Positions 41,665 through 59,039 are shown, counted from the first letter of the stretch. The stretch: 64,000 bases of DNA from Eledone cirrhosa (GCA_964016885.1 OZ024740.1:172112001-172176000), one strand, 5' to 3'. Program-made: numbers and translations. Notes: generated by a model not told the origin, from the sequence alone.

Positions 41665-41926
41665 GGAAAAAATGAAACGATATTTCATTTCCCACTCTTA
41701 GTACGGCTGTTACTTAAATACAAGTATGTACACGTACATACATATATGTATACAGACGTACAGTAGTATGTATATATATATACATACATGCACACATATA
41801 TATATGTACGTATGGATTCACCGAACATTTATTATAATGCTCGGTGTGTTGGTAAACAAGCATCCCGTATTAAGCCGTAGTGTCTAGCAACCATCGTTGC
41901 TCGTTTGTTCAACACTGACAAAGGAA

Positions 41927-41967
41927 CGCTGTACTAGTTTCAAGCTTATTAGCTATCGTCAGCAACG
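41927..41967 (-). ncRNA. Minimal hammerhead (R422)
   Basis: CGTTG-CTGACGA-TAGCT-AATA-AGCTT-GAA-ACTAGT-A-CAGCG. Confidence 0.85.
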
Positions 41968-42437
41968 TATACCTTTCTGCCAGATTGTTGAACGTATATA
42001 CTTACCTTATGCATATTATGCTGACAATAGCTAATAAGCTTGAAACTAGTACAGCGTTCCTTTGTCAGTGTTGAACAAACGAGCAACGATGGTTGCTAGA
42101 CACTACGGCTTAATACGGGATGTTTGTTTACAAACACACCGAGCATTATAATAAATGTTCGGTGAATCCATACGTGCATATATATATATGTGTGAATGTA
42201 TGTATATATATATACATACTACTGTACGTCTGTATACATATATGTATGTACGTGTACATACTTATATTTAAGCAACAGCCGTACTAAGAGTGGGAAACGA
42301 AATTTCGTTTCATTTTTTCCGTTTATCGTTTTCGGTGCACCCGGCCGATTAACCCACTCGATATGCAAATTGGGCTACTCATCCGTTAATATGCATAAGG
42401 TAAGTATATACGTTCAACAATCTGGCAGAAAGGTATA

Positions 42438-42478
42438 CGTTGCTGACGATAGCTAATAAGCTTGAAACTAGTACAGCG
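42438..42478 (+). ncRNA. Minimal hammerhead (R422)
   Basis: Same motif on the plus strand. The copy at 42019-42056 has G8>A and a truncated stem I. Confidence 0.85.
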
Positions 42479-42702
42479 TTCCTTTGTCAGTGTTGAACAA
42501 ACGAGCAACGATGGTTGCTAGACACTACGGCTTAATACGGGATGTTTGTTTACAAACACACCGAGCATTATAATAAATGTTCGGTGAATCCATACGTGCA
42601 TATATATATATGTGTGCATGTATGTATATATATATACATACTACTGTACGTCTGTATACATATATGTATGTACGTGTACATACTTATATATATATATATA
42701 TA

Positions 42703-43420
42703 TTAATGTTCAGAACCATCCCCAGCATTCTCGTGTAGCACCCATCCTCCATCTGAGTGAGTTTCTTGGTCAGTGTCCAAGTCTCAGACCCGTACAGCAG
42801 CACAGACTCCACTACACTAATGAAGAGGCGGATTTTCAGGTCTTTACGAAGGTCCCACTTCCACACCGATCTCAAGCTGTGGCACGCCGCCCAGGCTTTG
42901 CTCTTCCTCTCAACCACATCATATTCCGTATTCCCAATCTTTGCTCCCAAATACAGGAAGCCCTCAACCAATTCTAGCGGATTCCGCTCTACATTAGTGA
43001 TCCCCTCTGGCTTCTCAACATTCTCTACCAGATATTTTGTTTTAGTCTCATTCATTCTCAGCCCCACACTCATCGTCACAGTCTCAACCTCCCGCATCAA
43101 ATCCTCTGCCTCCTCCACTGTCGTTACATGAAAAACTCAGTGCTGTATGGGAGCCTCCCAAAAGTCAGCTCAAAAGTGACACAGAGGAGACTGAGGTTAG
43201 CTGGACATGCTCACCGACATCCGGAGTTGATATTGCACTCAGTGCTCCTGTAGGAGCCCCTACATGGACACACTGGAAGAGGAAGACCAAGGTTAACGTA
43301 TGTTGATGCCCTAAGGACAGACACTGGTCTGTTGGAGACGCAAGACATGGCAGTGATAATGAGGGACAGAGACCGCTGGAGAGAACTCGTCCATGGATCT
43401 CGGAAATTTTATCCGCCCTA
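42703..43420. mobile_element. 5'-inverted RTE-like LINE fragment
   Basis: Minus 42703-43128: GLRMNETKTKYL..FLYLGA..SVLLYGSETWTL..RML. Plus about 43130-43420: SVLYGSLPKVS..RRLRLAGH..GRGRPRLTYVD..DRDRWR. Confidence 0.85.
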
Positions 43421-43756
43421 GATAGATATATATATATATATCTAGGGAGTGTAACTTGGAGTTACTGCAGGTTCACCCGGGTGAGCACTCGATGTTTAGG
43501 TTCACTTCTGTGTTGAGGTGTAAAGCTATACAGAGTGTAATATACTGAAAGGATAACAAGGACGATTGGTTACTCCTTCATTACATGCGCATTTTGCCAC
43601 TGATCAGCGCAAGGTTCGATCTGTATCGATCTTACCCTACTCTATAATCGGCAGTTCGACGGACCCTTTAAAATGCTATCCTTTAAAATGTTATCCTTTC
43701 AATATATATATATATGAAATTGTTCAAGACCCCGACGGCAGAACTCAAGCCGTTTC

Positions 43757-43807
<51 letters not shown>

Positions 43808-43809
<2 letters not shown>

Positions 43810-44495
43810 AATAAATTATCGAGAATCGGAATCTCGGCCCACGGAATAACGAAACACAATCTTCGAAATGCGTGGCAAAGTGCTCAATAGTTTGAATAAA
43901 CCAGAGCTATAACTAACGTTTAAATATCAACACACTGAGACAATGCTTAAAATCATTCGCACAGCCGAAAAAACGACCAAGAAAATTCGGGTCAGACAAA
44001 TAATAATATATATGAATGAAAAATCTTTACCTGGACCCGCTAGAAGGATGATAAATTCTAGCATTTTGGTTTCTGCGGCTCCTAAATCAGTTACCGCCAG
44101 CTTACATAAAAAATATCCGGCTTCTGGTAGAATGATGAACGAGGAAACCACTTTCTCAACAGGCGTTTCGTTCAAATATACAAAGGAACCCGTTACTAAA
44201 TTCACGTGGGGTCTATCAAGGGAGAGAACCCCTATATTAGGCGAATGAATTCAGTAGTGTATATTATTGTAAAAATACAAAATATCACATATCAAATTAG
44301 AGTTCTCAACAGACGGGTTAAAATTAACATGAGCTATTCATCAGTCAATAAGATCAACTAAAAAATCAATAAAATTAACTGGTCAATAGCTAAAGACTGG
44401 AGATAAATACAAATAAATTATCGAGAATCGGAATCTCGGCCCACGAAATAACGAAACACAATCTTCGAAATGCGTGGCAAAGTGGTCAATAGTTT
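43808..44495. repeat. TA-flanked unit of about 602 bp with about 85-bp terminal direct repeat
   Basis: CAAATAAATTATCGAGAATCGG..CAATAGTTTG at 43808 and 44410. Confidence 0.8.
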
Positions 44496-44497
44496 GG

Positions 44498-44550
<53 letters not shown>

Positions 44551-44558
44551 TATATAAA

Positions 44559-44615
<57 letters not shown>

Positions 44616-44617
44616 AA

Positions 44618-44658
<41 letters not shown>

Positions 44659-44660
44659 AA

Positions 44661-44701
<41 letters not shown>

Positions 44702-44703
44702 AA

Positions 44704-45205
<502 letters not shown>

Positions 45206-45314
45206 ATATGTATATATATATATATATATAATATATAATATGTATATATATATAATATATAATATGTATATATATATATATATAATATGTATATATATAT
45301 ATATATATAATATG

Positions 45315-45345
<31 letters not shown>

Positions 45346-45580
45346 GTGAGAGAATATGCTCCGAAATCATTAGACGTGTCCGTCGACCTGCGGGTCCAGA
45401 ATCAACAGATCCACACAATGATCGCGTCTCGAGCTGTCCGCCGGCGAAACAATTGTAACACACAATAAATTGAGTTCAGATGCATCACTGATTTTTCGTT
45501 TTCTATTCTACCATACTCTGATTTATAAGAGCATAGAGTGCTCAATCGGCATACCGCCTATGGAAGCATCTTAGCTACCA

Positions 45581-45661
<81 letters not shown>

Positions 45662-47364
45662 TATATATATATATATACATCACAACGAACAATAATATTT
45701 ACACATCTATAATGGAGCAGCTAGTACGCTCACAAACACATACACACGTTCTGAACCACACTTGATAAACAAAACATGAATTTCCAATAAGCTACAACCC
45801 TCGATAACTTGTATCTCTATTCTACTGCCATTGCAAGACGGGCGGACTGGCGGATCATTAGAGCGTCGGACAAAATCCTTTGCGGTATTTGTTTTTGGAT
45901 TTCAACACAGAGTCCAATGCCACCGAAGTCAACTTTCTCTTTCATTCTTCCGCAGTCAATAAAAGAAAGTACTAGTCTAGATCGGTGAATTGGTAAGATT
46001 ATTACAGTGTTGGTAAAAAATCTTCCAAATCTCATTGTTCAGTGTTCACCTACGAGGATACTGGTGCCAAGCTGTATTGGATTTTACCTATGTTTTGGAC
46101 AGCATTGGTGGTGCAGAAAGAGAGGCTTGCTTCATGAGTAACTGGTGGTCTTCGACAAAAAAAAAAGAAAAAAAAAGACCTTACTCAAGTTAGCATACTG
46201 GGAAGAAACTATCCAGCTCTCAGTTACATAGTCAACCCTGATAGACTTTGAGTACTTTTGCAACTGCACCGGCCTTGATTGTCTGACCTGGTAAACTTTG
46301 TGCCGCCATGCTTATAAACACTCATATCGAACCAACGAGAGAGACAGAGAGGGTATCTACGCTGTTACACGAACTGTTAGATAAGAAGTTCTTAGTATCT
46401 TAGACATGAAGGACATTTTGGATAAGGCGTCACTAGGTGCATTGTGTATTAGATAAGGTGGTATTTTTCACAGAATATATATTTGACAACAGTGTGTATT
46501 TAGCACTGGTAGAAAAAGTGTAGTTTGAAAATGTGGAAATGAAAACAAAGATTCTAAGGCTCATTGCCAACGACCTAAGCGTAAATTGCATTATGGGTAA
46601 CTTCAAACTGTACTTCGAAATCAGAGGAATCTTCTTGTTCAAATGCTTAACAATGTTTGTTCTTTCCGATATGTTCTGAACAAGGGTTAAACATGTTTTC
46701 AACGGTCTACTGATACTGCCAAACCACCGCCCTCATGATAAGAACAACAATATCAACAGTAGCGACAGCGACAATTATCGGAAACAACAACTACAGCATT
46801 AACAACAACAATGACAAAAGCAACTACAGGAAAAGAAAGTAACTTAAACAGCAACAGCAACGACAACGGCAACAACAACTACAGCAAGAAAGAAAATGAA
46901 AACAATAATGACAAAGACAACATTAACGACCACAACAACAACGTTAACAAGGTTTATTTCTATCTCTTTCACATCTCAGCTGTGTATCTCATCCAGTTAC
47001 AACACTCAACACCCCCGCTGTGTCACAAACCCAGTCACAATATTAAGGAACGCAGCTGTGTCACTCACCCAGTAACAATACTAAAAGTATCGGTGGAGAA
47101 TCGGACAATGTTTTATGGCATAGAGTTACGGCCCTTTACGATCTGAGTTCAAATCCTGCCGAGGTTAGCTTTGCCATTCATCCTTCCGTGGTCTATAAAA
47201 TAAAGTACCAGTAATGCACTGGGGTCGATTTAGTCGACTCTCTCCTCCTCCAAAATTGTTGGCCTTCTGCCTAAATCAGAAACTAATAATAAACACCCCC
47301 AGCTGTGTCATTCGTACTGAGATAGTCACAGTATCCATCATCTCAGATGTGTCACTCTTTATAT

Positions 47365-47745
47365 CAAAACACTCAACACTCCCAGTTGTTTCACTAAGGC
47401 AGTCACAATACTCAACACCCAGCCTGAGTCACTCACTCAGTCACAATAATCAACATCCAGGCCGTGTAACTCATTCAATCACACTACTCAACACCCAGGC
47501 AGTGTTACTCACTCAGTAACAATACTCAACACCCAGACAGAGTCACCCATCCAGTCACAATACTCAACACCCAGGCAGTGTCACTCACCCAGTCACAATA
47601 CTCAACACCCAGTCACATTACTCAACACCCAGTCACAATACTCAACACCCAGCCAGAGTCACTCACCCAGTCACAATACTCAACACCCATACACACAATA
47701 CGCAACACCGTGACAGTGCTACCCACTCAGTCACAATACTCAGCA
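47365..47745. repeat. Degenerate minisatellite, core CAGTCACAATACTCAACACC
   Basis: Directly visible. Confidence 0.85.
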
Positions 47746-47894
47746 TTTACTTTCGGTATATTTAATTGTTAAAGCTCTTTTGTCGTGAATTGTGTGGCCT
47801 TCTTAATGACTATTGTTGGTTCTCTCTATCTTCTCAATGACAATTAAATAACCAACTGGTTACTGAACTAGCAACGGAAGGGAGTGGTTATCTG

Positions 47895-48320
47895 ATTAAT
47901 AATGATTTCTAATTTTGACACAAGGCCAGCGATTTGGGGGAGGGAAAGTCGATATAATTGATCCCAGTACTTTATTTGTGCTTAATTTTAACGATCATGG
48001 ATGGCTGAAAGGCAGAATTTGAACTCAGAAGGTAGAAAGTTGTAACTAATTGTCGCAAAGCATCTTATCCGGCGCTCTACCGATACTGCCAATCAATAAT
48101 AATGGTTTCTGATTTAGGCACAAGACCAACAATTTTGGGGGAGGGGAAAGTCGATTAAATCGATCAAAGTGTTTTACTAGTACTTTATTTTATCGACCAC
48201 GTAAGAATGAAAGGCAAATATAACTCAGCGGGATTTGAACTCAGAACGCAAAGGGCCACAACTCTATGCTGCTAAACATATTGTCCAACGCTCTATCGAT
48301 TCTGCCAACCCACCGCTTTT
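47895..48320 (-). mobile_element. Two tandem S1 SINEs
   Basis: Two reverse-complement copies of the S1 consensus. Confidence 0.7.
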
Positions 48321-48462
48321 GCCTGACTAATAATACAACGAAGTGAAGTTCAACTGGTGAGTTCGTTTTCTTTTCTGGAAGCATATAAATCAATATCTGC
48401 TCCAACACAAGATTTCACATCAAGATCAGGAATCTTGCAAAATACATACAAAAAACGAAGTA

Positions 48463-49050
48463 CAGTAATCCCCGCTATATCGCAGTTCACTTTTTGCGGT
48501 CCCCCGCTACATCGCGGATTTTTCTTTGGAACGAATCTAATTTCCTATCGCGGTAATCCTCGCTACATCGTGGATCTTTCGTTAGAACATATCTATTTTC
48601 TTATCGCCGTACGTATGATACATGTGAATAAAAAGTGTTTAAAATTTAAGCATATTAAATAAGTTTCAATGTGATTGAAGTGTATAGCGTAGGAAAGGGG
48701 CATCTTAAGGCTTTAACTATGAAAAAATGTTTTTATTGTTCATTCCATTACTGTTTTACTGATTGTATTTTTCTCTTATCTAATACAAACCATTAACAGA
48801 TTGACGGGAGTTGTGCTGGTAATGGTCGTCATTGGTAAGTAGTGGTACGATCGTGACAGGCTGTTTTTGGTGTTAACATACAAAAGTGTGTTTTAATGTG
48901 TTTATATGTACTTAAAGCGTGTAGGAGCGGTAATTTTAAGGCTTAAACTATGAAAACAACGGTTATCTTTATGATCGCTCTATATCGCGGATTTACATTT
49001 ATCACGGTTGGTTCTGGAACGCATCCCCCGCGGTAAACGAGGGATTACTG
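48463..49050. mobile_element. Tigger/pogo-like MITE
   Basis: TA|CAGTAATCCCCGCTATATCGC ... CGCGGTAAACGAGGGATTACTG. Confidence 0.75.
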
Positions 49051-49051
49051 C

Positions 49052-51657
<2,606 letters not shown>

Positions 51658-51871
51658 TAATAAGAGGAATTCCAACTTTGTCTGATCTACTCGTTTTATT
51701 TACAATCCTTTAAAATATATAATGGTATTATAATGAAATAGTATGATAGAATATTAAAATCAGACAAAGTTGGAATTCCACTTATTAATATAATCTTCTA
51801 TACACAATCATACACACCCGTGTATATTTACCTATCTATATCTATATATATCTATATATGTGTATATATAT

Positions 51872-51947
<76 letters not shown>

Positions 51948-52715
51948 TTAAGGATACTATTTATGGTTATGTATATACTAAAACTTTTTATAGTTATATA
52001 TATTTTAAACCCTAAACAGTGAAAGACAGTAATTTATTACTACCTTATTACCAGTAAGATAAATAGCTCAATGTAATAACATCAGTTGTTCTACAGAGCA
52101 GTTATATAGAATTCACAGGAATCAAAGCTATGTTCAAAGCATTTATTAGCTTACAATTGTTTCATCCAAACCGAGGCTTGGTGTCTTCGGAGCATTTGTC
52201 AATGTTTGTATACATACATGACCTCCTTTCCAACGCAAGAGACATACAGATACATATGTATATATTGATGTACAGTGGGGTGACATATATTATATTATTT
52301 CTGAATGGTAATTTAAATTCAAAAATTAAAATCATATTAAAACAGAATCAAAGCAAAATTAAAATTAAAAATACAACATCAATGCAAATTTAAAATACAA
52401 TCGGCAGTTAACGTAGATAATGCAAGAGGATATAAACTATATATTACGTTTTCTGAATGTGAAAATGGTGGTGTATACAAAAACCATAACATTATTTTGC
52501 TTCTCATTTATACTATTTCTCTGCACACAAGCTTCTTTATCATATACAAAAAATACCTTACCATTACAACCTCCATAATACTCTTGATTACCCGCTTAAA
52601 GTGCTTGTATTGCATATAACACCCTGCCGCACAATAATCATATGCCCCACGTGTAACTAATGCATACAATAACTACTACAACTGACTAACAAACTATCCT
52701 CTTGCATTATCTACG

Positions 52716-52901
52716 AGGGCGGTGGATTGGCAGTATCAGTAGAGAGTCGGACGCCATGCTTTCCAGCATAGTTACGTCCCTTTACGGTCTGAGTTCAAAT
52801 CCAGGCGAGGTTAACTTTGTCTTTCATCCTTACGGGGTCGATAAAATAAAGTACCAGTAATGTACTGGGTAATTGCTGGCCTTGTGCCTAAAGTAGAAAC
52901 A
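52716..52901 (+). mobile_element. S1 SINE with TSD
   Basis: tRNA-like head (TGGCAG.., GAGTTCAAATCC), Nin/Deu-like core, TSD ATTATCTACG at 52706 and 52902. Confidence 0.85.
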
Positions 52902-53846
52902 ATTATCTACGTTAACTGCCGATTGTATTTTAAATTTGCATTGATGTTGTATTTTTAATTTTAATATATATATATATATATATATATGTGTTAAAACAAT
53001 GAAATAAAAAATCAAGTCATTAGAGATATACTTCACTGCTTTACGATCGTTTCTAGATGGTGATAATACATTGATGATACCTCTGTGTGTATATATATAT
53101 ATATATATACATATACACACAGAGACAGACAAAATATAAATATACAGCTAAACATTCAAAGTCTATCAATTACATACTCTATAATACATACATATTTGCA
53201 TATATATGTACGCATACATTCATACACACGTATATAAACTCTCGCATATACATACATACACACTTAAAGAAATACAGACAAATACACACAGGCGCGCGGA
53301 CACATATACAAAGACGTCACTTAAAGATAAATATACAGCAACACACATATACTCTATCAATTGCATACTTTATACCATACACACACACACGCACACACAT
53401 CTCCACACACACACACACACATACACTCTCACACTCGCACACAGACACATACACACACACTCACACTCGCACACAGACACACATACACTCTCACACTCGT
53501 ACACAGACACACACACACAGATACAGTGATGTGCGCACACAGTAACGTCATGTTGGACAGGTGCTGGCGAGATAACGTGAGGTTACTATGTGAACGAAAA
53601 CGAGGCCAGGTGAACAGAGGCGAGGTGATTGGGATAAGAAAGTGCTGGAGGCGGCAGCAGCGGCGGCGCGGTTGGCGAAGACGATGGTAATGGCGGAGAA
53701 GCGCATATGAAAATGTCAAGGCCAGACATTCTGTTGAGAAAACACCCCTAAGGGAACCATTTCATCCCCGGTCTAATTCACAACCGGATCTACTAGTGCT
53801 TCACTTGTTCCGAGCGATTTAATGCAAGCTTTCAATAGGTGCAATT

Positions 53847-53884
<38 letters not shown>

Positions 53885-53946
53885 GCGCATGAGTGTATAG
53901 TGTGTTTGTGTGTGTGTGTGCGTGTGTGTGTGTGTGTGTGAGTGTA

Positions 53947-54008
<62 letters not shown>

Positions 54009-54277
54009 GCGCATGAGTGTATAGTGTGTTTGTGTGTGTGTGTGCGTGTGTGTGTGTGAGTGTATAGTGTGTGTGTGTGTGTGTGAGTGTATAGTGTGTG
54101 TGTGTGTATGTGTGTGTGTGCCCGTGAGCAGCTGATTGCGTATGTATGTGAGTGTATGAATGTTAGCATAGTTATTCCAATATACGTTTTTCGGCCCGAT
54201 TATGTGATAACATGTCTATCCTGTTTGTATTTGGCTTGTGTGGTGTATGTATGAATATATGTATATATGTATGTATG

Positions 54278-54328
<51 letters not shown>

Positions 54329-54340
54329 CATATATATATA

Positions 54341-54386
<46 letters not shown>

Positions 54387-54506
54387 TATATATATATATA
54401 TGTATGTATATATTATAAGTATATATATATATATGTATGTATATATTATAAGTATATATATATATATAGATGTGAGAAAAACCACAGACCCTCCATCTCA
54501 ACTCTA

Positions 54507-54542
54507 CTTTTGAAAAGCAGAAGAACTGCGAAACCGGTAAAG
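54507..54542 (+). ncRNA. Very short hammerhead, U3:A8 variant
   Basis: CTT-TTGAAAA-GCAG-AAGAA-CTGC-GAA-ACCGGT-A-AAG. Confidence 0.6.
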
Positions 54543-54682
54543 GAACCAAATAAATATATAAATTAAAAAAAAAATAAAACTCCAGTTGCATTTTCGATTT
54601 CATCTCTTTTTCTTTATACTTTCACTCGTGTAGGACACCTCGGTTATTTTTCATTTTGTAAAAAAACCCTCACTTTCTAATA

Positions 54683-54746
<64 letters not shown>

Positions 54747-55074
54747 CCTTTAATACTATCCAATTGTTTTTTCTATCATATCCGTGTGATATTTTCTTTT
54801 TATTTTACGGTTGTTGGGATTTGCCATATTTTTCCTTAGAAAGTGTGTTTGGCTGACTGTCTCAGTGTGTTCCTCAGTTCGATTCCCTGTTGTGTCTTGT
54901 GTTCTTAAGCAGGACACGCTATTTCCTGTTATTTAAGATCACTTAGATGGCAACCAACACTCCAATCAATGCACTTATTCATAAGAAGTGTTGAAATTAA
55001 TGCATGCAAGATTTTACAGCTCTAGCATCACTACCACATGTTATAGTCAGCCTATGAACTTTTCAGTCGAACCT

Positions 55075-55113
<39 letters not shown>

Positions 55114-55821
55114 ATACATACGAGACTCGGCGGAAGAGCTATAAGGCTGACCAATATACTCTCATGGAATGATCAAATTAGGTTTATTTGTTTTCAACAT
55201 AGTCTTTGGAAAGTAACAATGTAGTTATTAATAAAGAGTGTTGAAATTAATTCATGCAAGATTTCACAGCTCTAGCATCACTCCTTCATAGTCACACTAT
55301 GAACCTTTCAGCCAACTCGAATAAAAAAAAACCCCATCATGTTACCGATTTGCTTCCATAGATTAGGTTGCTTTTGTCGAATCGATAAAAATGTTTCCAA
55401 TTTTACTCCATAGTTAATATTGTTTAAAGTATAACACACACGTTCTTTAATTATTCCGGTTATATATATAGTTTCTTTCCATGATTGAAGTTGTTTAAAC
55501 ATCACACTCGAACATCTTGAACTATTAAAACTATTGATTACTTTCTCAATTTCCTTCCATAGTTCGAAGCACTCTATTCTGTCCACCGGGGCTACGGGGT
55601 GGCCATTCTGTCCACCGGGGCTACGGGGCGGCCATTTGCTCATAATAGTGAGCGTTGGGGAGAGCGGGAGAGACGGAGGCAGTGGGAGTTTGGTTCTATT
55701 GTGTTTCGGACCTGGTATATATATATTTATTTACCGTATCACATGTTACAGACATTTAACTGGTGACATGTACATGTTCTTTTTTAATGGGAATTTATCG
55801 TGACATGAAGAATTGAATGAA

Positions 55822-56286
55822 CTAGCAGAAAAACCACCCTTCAGGTGGTTTTCTGCTAGCATGTGTAGTGTGTATATTGATATTTTACGCAAGTATATAT
55901 ATGCATGTAGATATAATATATTGACAATATACACAGAAATTGAACGAAGACTGCGTTACACTGTCTTATGTAATCAGTAACGTAATCCATGATACATTAA
56001 AAAAAGACGATATTATATGTAAACTGCATTAGGAGAAAATTAGTGACGGAAATATATGAATGTTTATTTAAGCGATCGCTAACCGGAAGTGTTGACATTT
56101 GAAAATGTTAAAGAAGTGAATCTTTAAATAAGCAATAAAATATATTTAATCAAAAGCTACTAAATTTAGCAGATAAATTATGTAATATTCATTCATTATT
56201 TATTCAAAGTAATCCAACCTATTTTACAAACGGGGTAAAAATATATATTCTGGATGCAGTCGCGCACTCCTTTCTTTATTATAGTT
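55822..56286 (-). mobile_element. Non-autonomous Helitron H1, second copy
   Basis: Colinear with 1160-1642. Confidence 0.75.
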
Positions 56287-57224
56287 AACTAAACAGAAGG
56301 ATAAGGTAAAAATGAGATCAATAAAATAAAAATATAAAAATGAATAAGAGCCAAGTGAATGAATAATTGAAATAATACTTATGTCCACTCCGTGTCGTAC
56401 CTACCATTCTTGTGGTTGAGGAATTATTGGGTCGTCAAGTATGAAATTTTGAGAAATTTTTTCTACAAATTTTTTCTACAATTTTTTCTACAAATTTTTT
56501 CTACAATTTTTTTCTACAAATTTCTACAAATTTCATACTTGACGACCCATTACTAAAGACCTCAATTATCTCCTTAATTTGTTTCCATAGCTAAAGATTT
56601 CAATTATGTTGACAATTTCATTCCGTAGTTAAATTTCTTGAATGTGTAACACCCGTACATGTTTCATTCCAGTCTGTCATATCTTACTAGCTCTATGCAT
56701 GCATGGTCCCGAAACTCTCCCGAGGGAGTCGTAGGGTCCCCGTATTGACATACGGCGTTTGAAGGACATTGTCTTATACTTGGCGGAGCCCATCTCCTCT
56801 CCATGTCTGAACAAAGCAGATTTCTTCCAGAGAGGAGTAGAGAGTGAGGGAGAGGAAGTAAGAAAGAAATATAGAGGAATAATCGATCCTCAGTACTTAA
56901 CTGGTACTTTTTTATCGACCTCGAATAGATGGAAGGCAAATTTGATCTCGGTGGGATTTGAGAAAAGTGAGCCGAAACAAATACTACAAAGCATTCTATC
57001 CGATGATCTAACCACTCAGCCGCCTATACTAGTTCGATATGAACGCTTAAATTGATAAAATAAATAAATGAATTATGTTAAAAACATACTCCTTTAATTA
57101 AAAAAAAAAATTCAATTATGTCGGTAATGTACTTTCAAAGTTATATTTGTTTAACATTTAACGTTATAATTCTTTAAAGGTTTAAACAGTTCAATTGTGT
57201 CCAGGATTTTGTTCCATAGATTCA

Positions 57225-57434
57225 GCATGGCACACTGTAAAGTGGTCGTGCAGGTGTCATGACAAAACGTGCCCAGCCCACACTGTAAATATGGTTGGCA
57301 TTAGGAAGGGCATCCAGCTGTAGCGATCAAGCCAGAACCAGTTCTGTGTGAGCAAAACCTGTCCTCTGACCTGGCTTGTCTCACAACGGGACAACCCGTC
57401 TAACCCATGCTACTGTGGAAAATGGACGTTAAAC

Positions 57435-57467
<33 letters not shown>

Positions 57468-57468
57468 A
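57225..57468 (+). mobile_element. Retroposon 3' part with (GAT)n tail
   Basis: GGTTGGCATTAGGAAGGGCATCCAGC..GGACGTTAAAC(GAT)n. Confidence 0.5.
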
Positions 57469-58034
57469 TCCCTCCCTCTTGTATTATAACGTAAATGGTT
57501 TACTATTCCACAGACGTTGCATTATTAACGCAATTCTCGGGGAGATTCAGCATGTCACTATGTGTGACAGGGCAGGACATGTGAATTACAGGTGGAGTCT
57601 ATCTTGTATGTATCATAATGCAAAATGCCGTGCTCCTTAAGAGTTCTCAGGGAGATTCAGTATGACACAGCGGCGCTGACAAGCCTTGATTTTAAATTAC
57701 AGGCATGCCTAATTGCTTTTCCCCAGCTGGAATAACGTGAAATGAAATATTTTGCTCAAGACAAAATGTGCTGCTTGGAATCGAACTCACAGGGTTACAA
57801 TCATGAGCCGAACACTTTAACCATTAAGCTACTCGCCTTCACCATACAAATTATAACTCTCAAATTTCTTGATGTTAAATTTTTCGGTTATGTTCCGGTT
57901 ATGTTTCGGTTATTTTTCGGTTATGTTTTCGGTTATGTTTCATGCCAAAGATTTCAATTCATAAAAACCCGCTGTCCATTACCAGAACAACGCAAAAAAG
58001 AGAATTCAGATTACTTAATGAATAAGAAGCTCAT

Positions 58035-58333
58035 GAGGCCTAGTGGTAAGTGTGTTGGATTTAGGATTGTAATGTTGTGGGTTTCTATTCCTGGATCGGG
58101 TTGGGTGCGGTGTTCCTGAGCACATCACTTCATTTTACGTTGATCTTGTCAGTATCCTCAGCTGAATATGTGTACCAGCAGCAATAGCTTAGCTGGGGAT
58201 TTAACCCTGCGATGGGCTGGGATCTTGTCCAGGATAAAAGGGTAGTCTTGTGTTCTCAGTCGCTTAACACCATGAAAACAGGGATAAGCATCAGCCTGAT
58301 GAGTCTCCGAGCTCGAGGCAGACTTTAGATTTT
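58035..58333 (+). mobile_element. SINE family S2, diverged
   Basis: Colinear with 17175-17452. Confidence 0.7.
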
Positions 58334-59039
58334 AGATCATAGCCACATGGCTAGAGGTTCGATGCCAATGCTATCAACTAACTACCCCTAAAAGGGTCAG
58401 TAGATTGGTAGAATCGATAGAGCGTCGGATAACGTACAATGCAGTATTTCTTTTGGCACTTTACGTTCTGGGTTCAAATTCCACCGAGGTCAACTTTACC
58501 TTTCATCCTTCTGGGTTCGATAAAAAAACATACAGGCTAAACAAGTAATAGCTTAGAGCCACACACCCTCAGCGGCTATATTTGAAATAAATATTTTTGT
58601 TATATCATTCATTTTATTCATTAACACTAAATCATAAACAATTAGCGTCTCAAATTTCATATAGCTAAGGGCTTCAGAAAATGAAAATCTGGCCCTGTGT
58701 AACCGCGAAGTACTGGGGTCGATATAATCGACTTTAATCTCTTTCCAAAATTATTGGTCTTGTGCCTAAATTAGTAATCCTTATTATATACTTCTACGAG
58801 ATGGGTGTTAGGAAATTTGGGGAACATAAATAATTTGTAACGGTTTCAAAGTCAGATTCGTTCAAAATACATAAAATTATCGTAGGAAAAACATAAATTC
58901 GCCTTCAAAATTCTAAAGAAATTTATCAAATACCTACTTTGAAAATTATATAAATGATATTATTATATCTGTCTCATATATGTTATTAATATAATAAATA
59001 TTTACCTGAAATCCTTGTGAGTGCAATGTGGCAAACGAA

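Larger units (their letters stand above)
41661..42686. mobile_element. R422 family: inverted arm plus 1.6 tandem monomers
   Basis: Minus arm 41661-42018, plus arm 42019-42686. HHR cores at 42021 and 42443 (422 nt apart). TA at both ends. Confidence 0.85.

Noticed and set aside
53765-53797. Possible Helitron 3' end (CCGGT..ACCGG..CTAGT)
   Set aside because: Weak hairpin and no identifiable 5' end.
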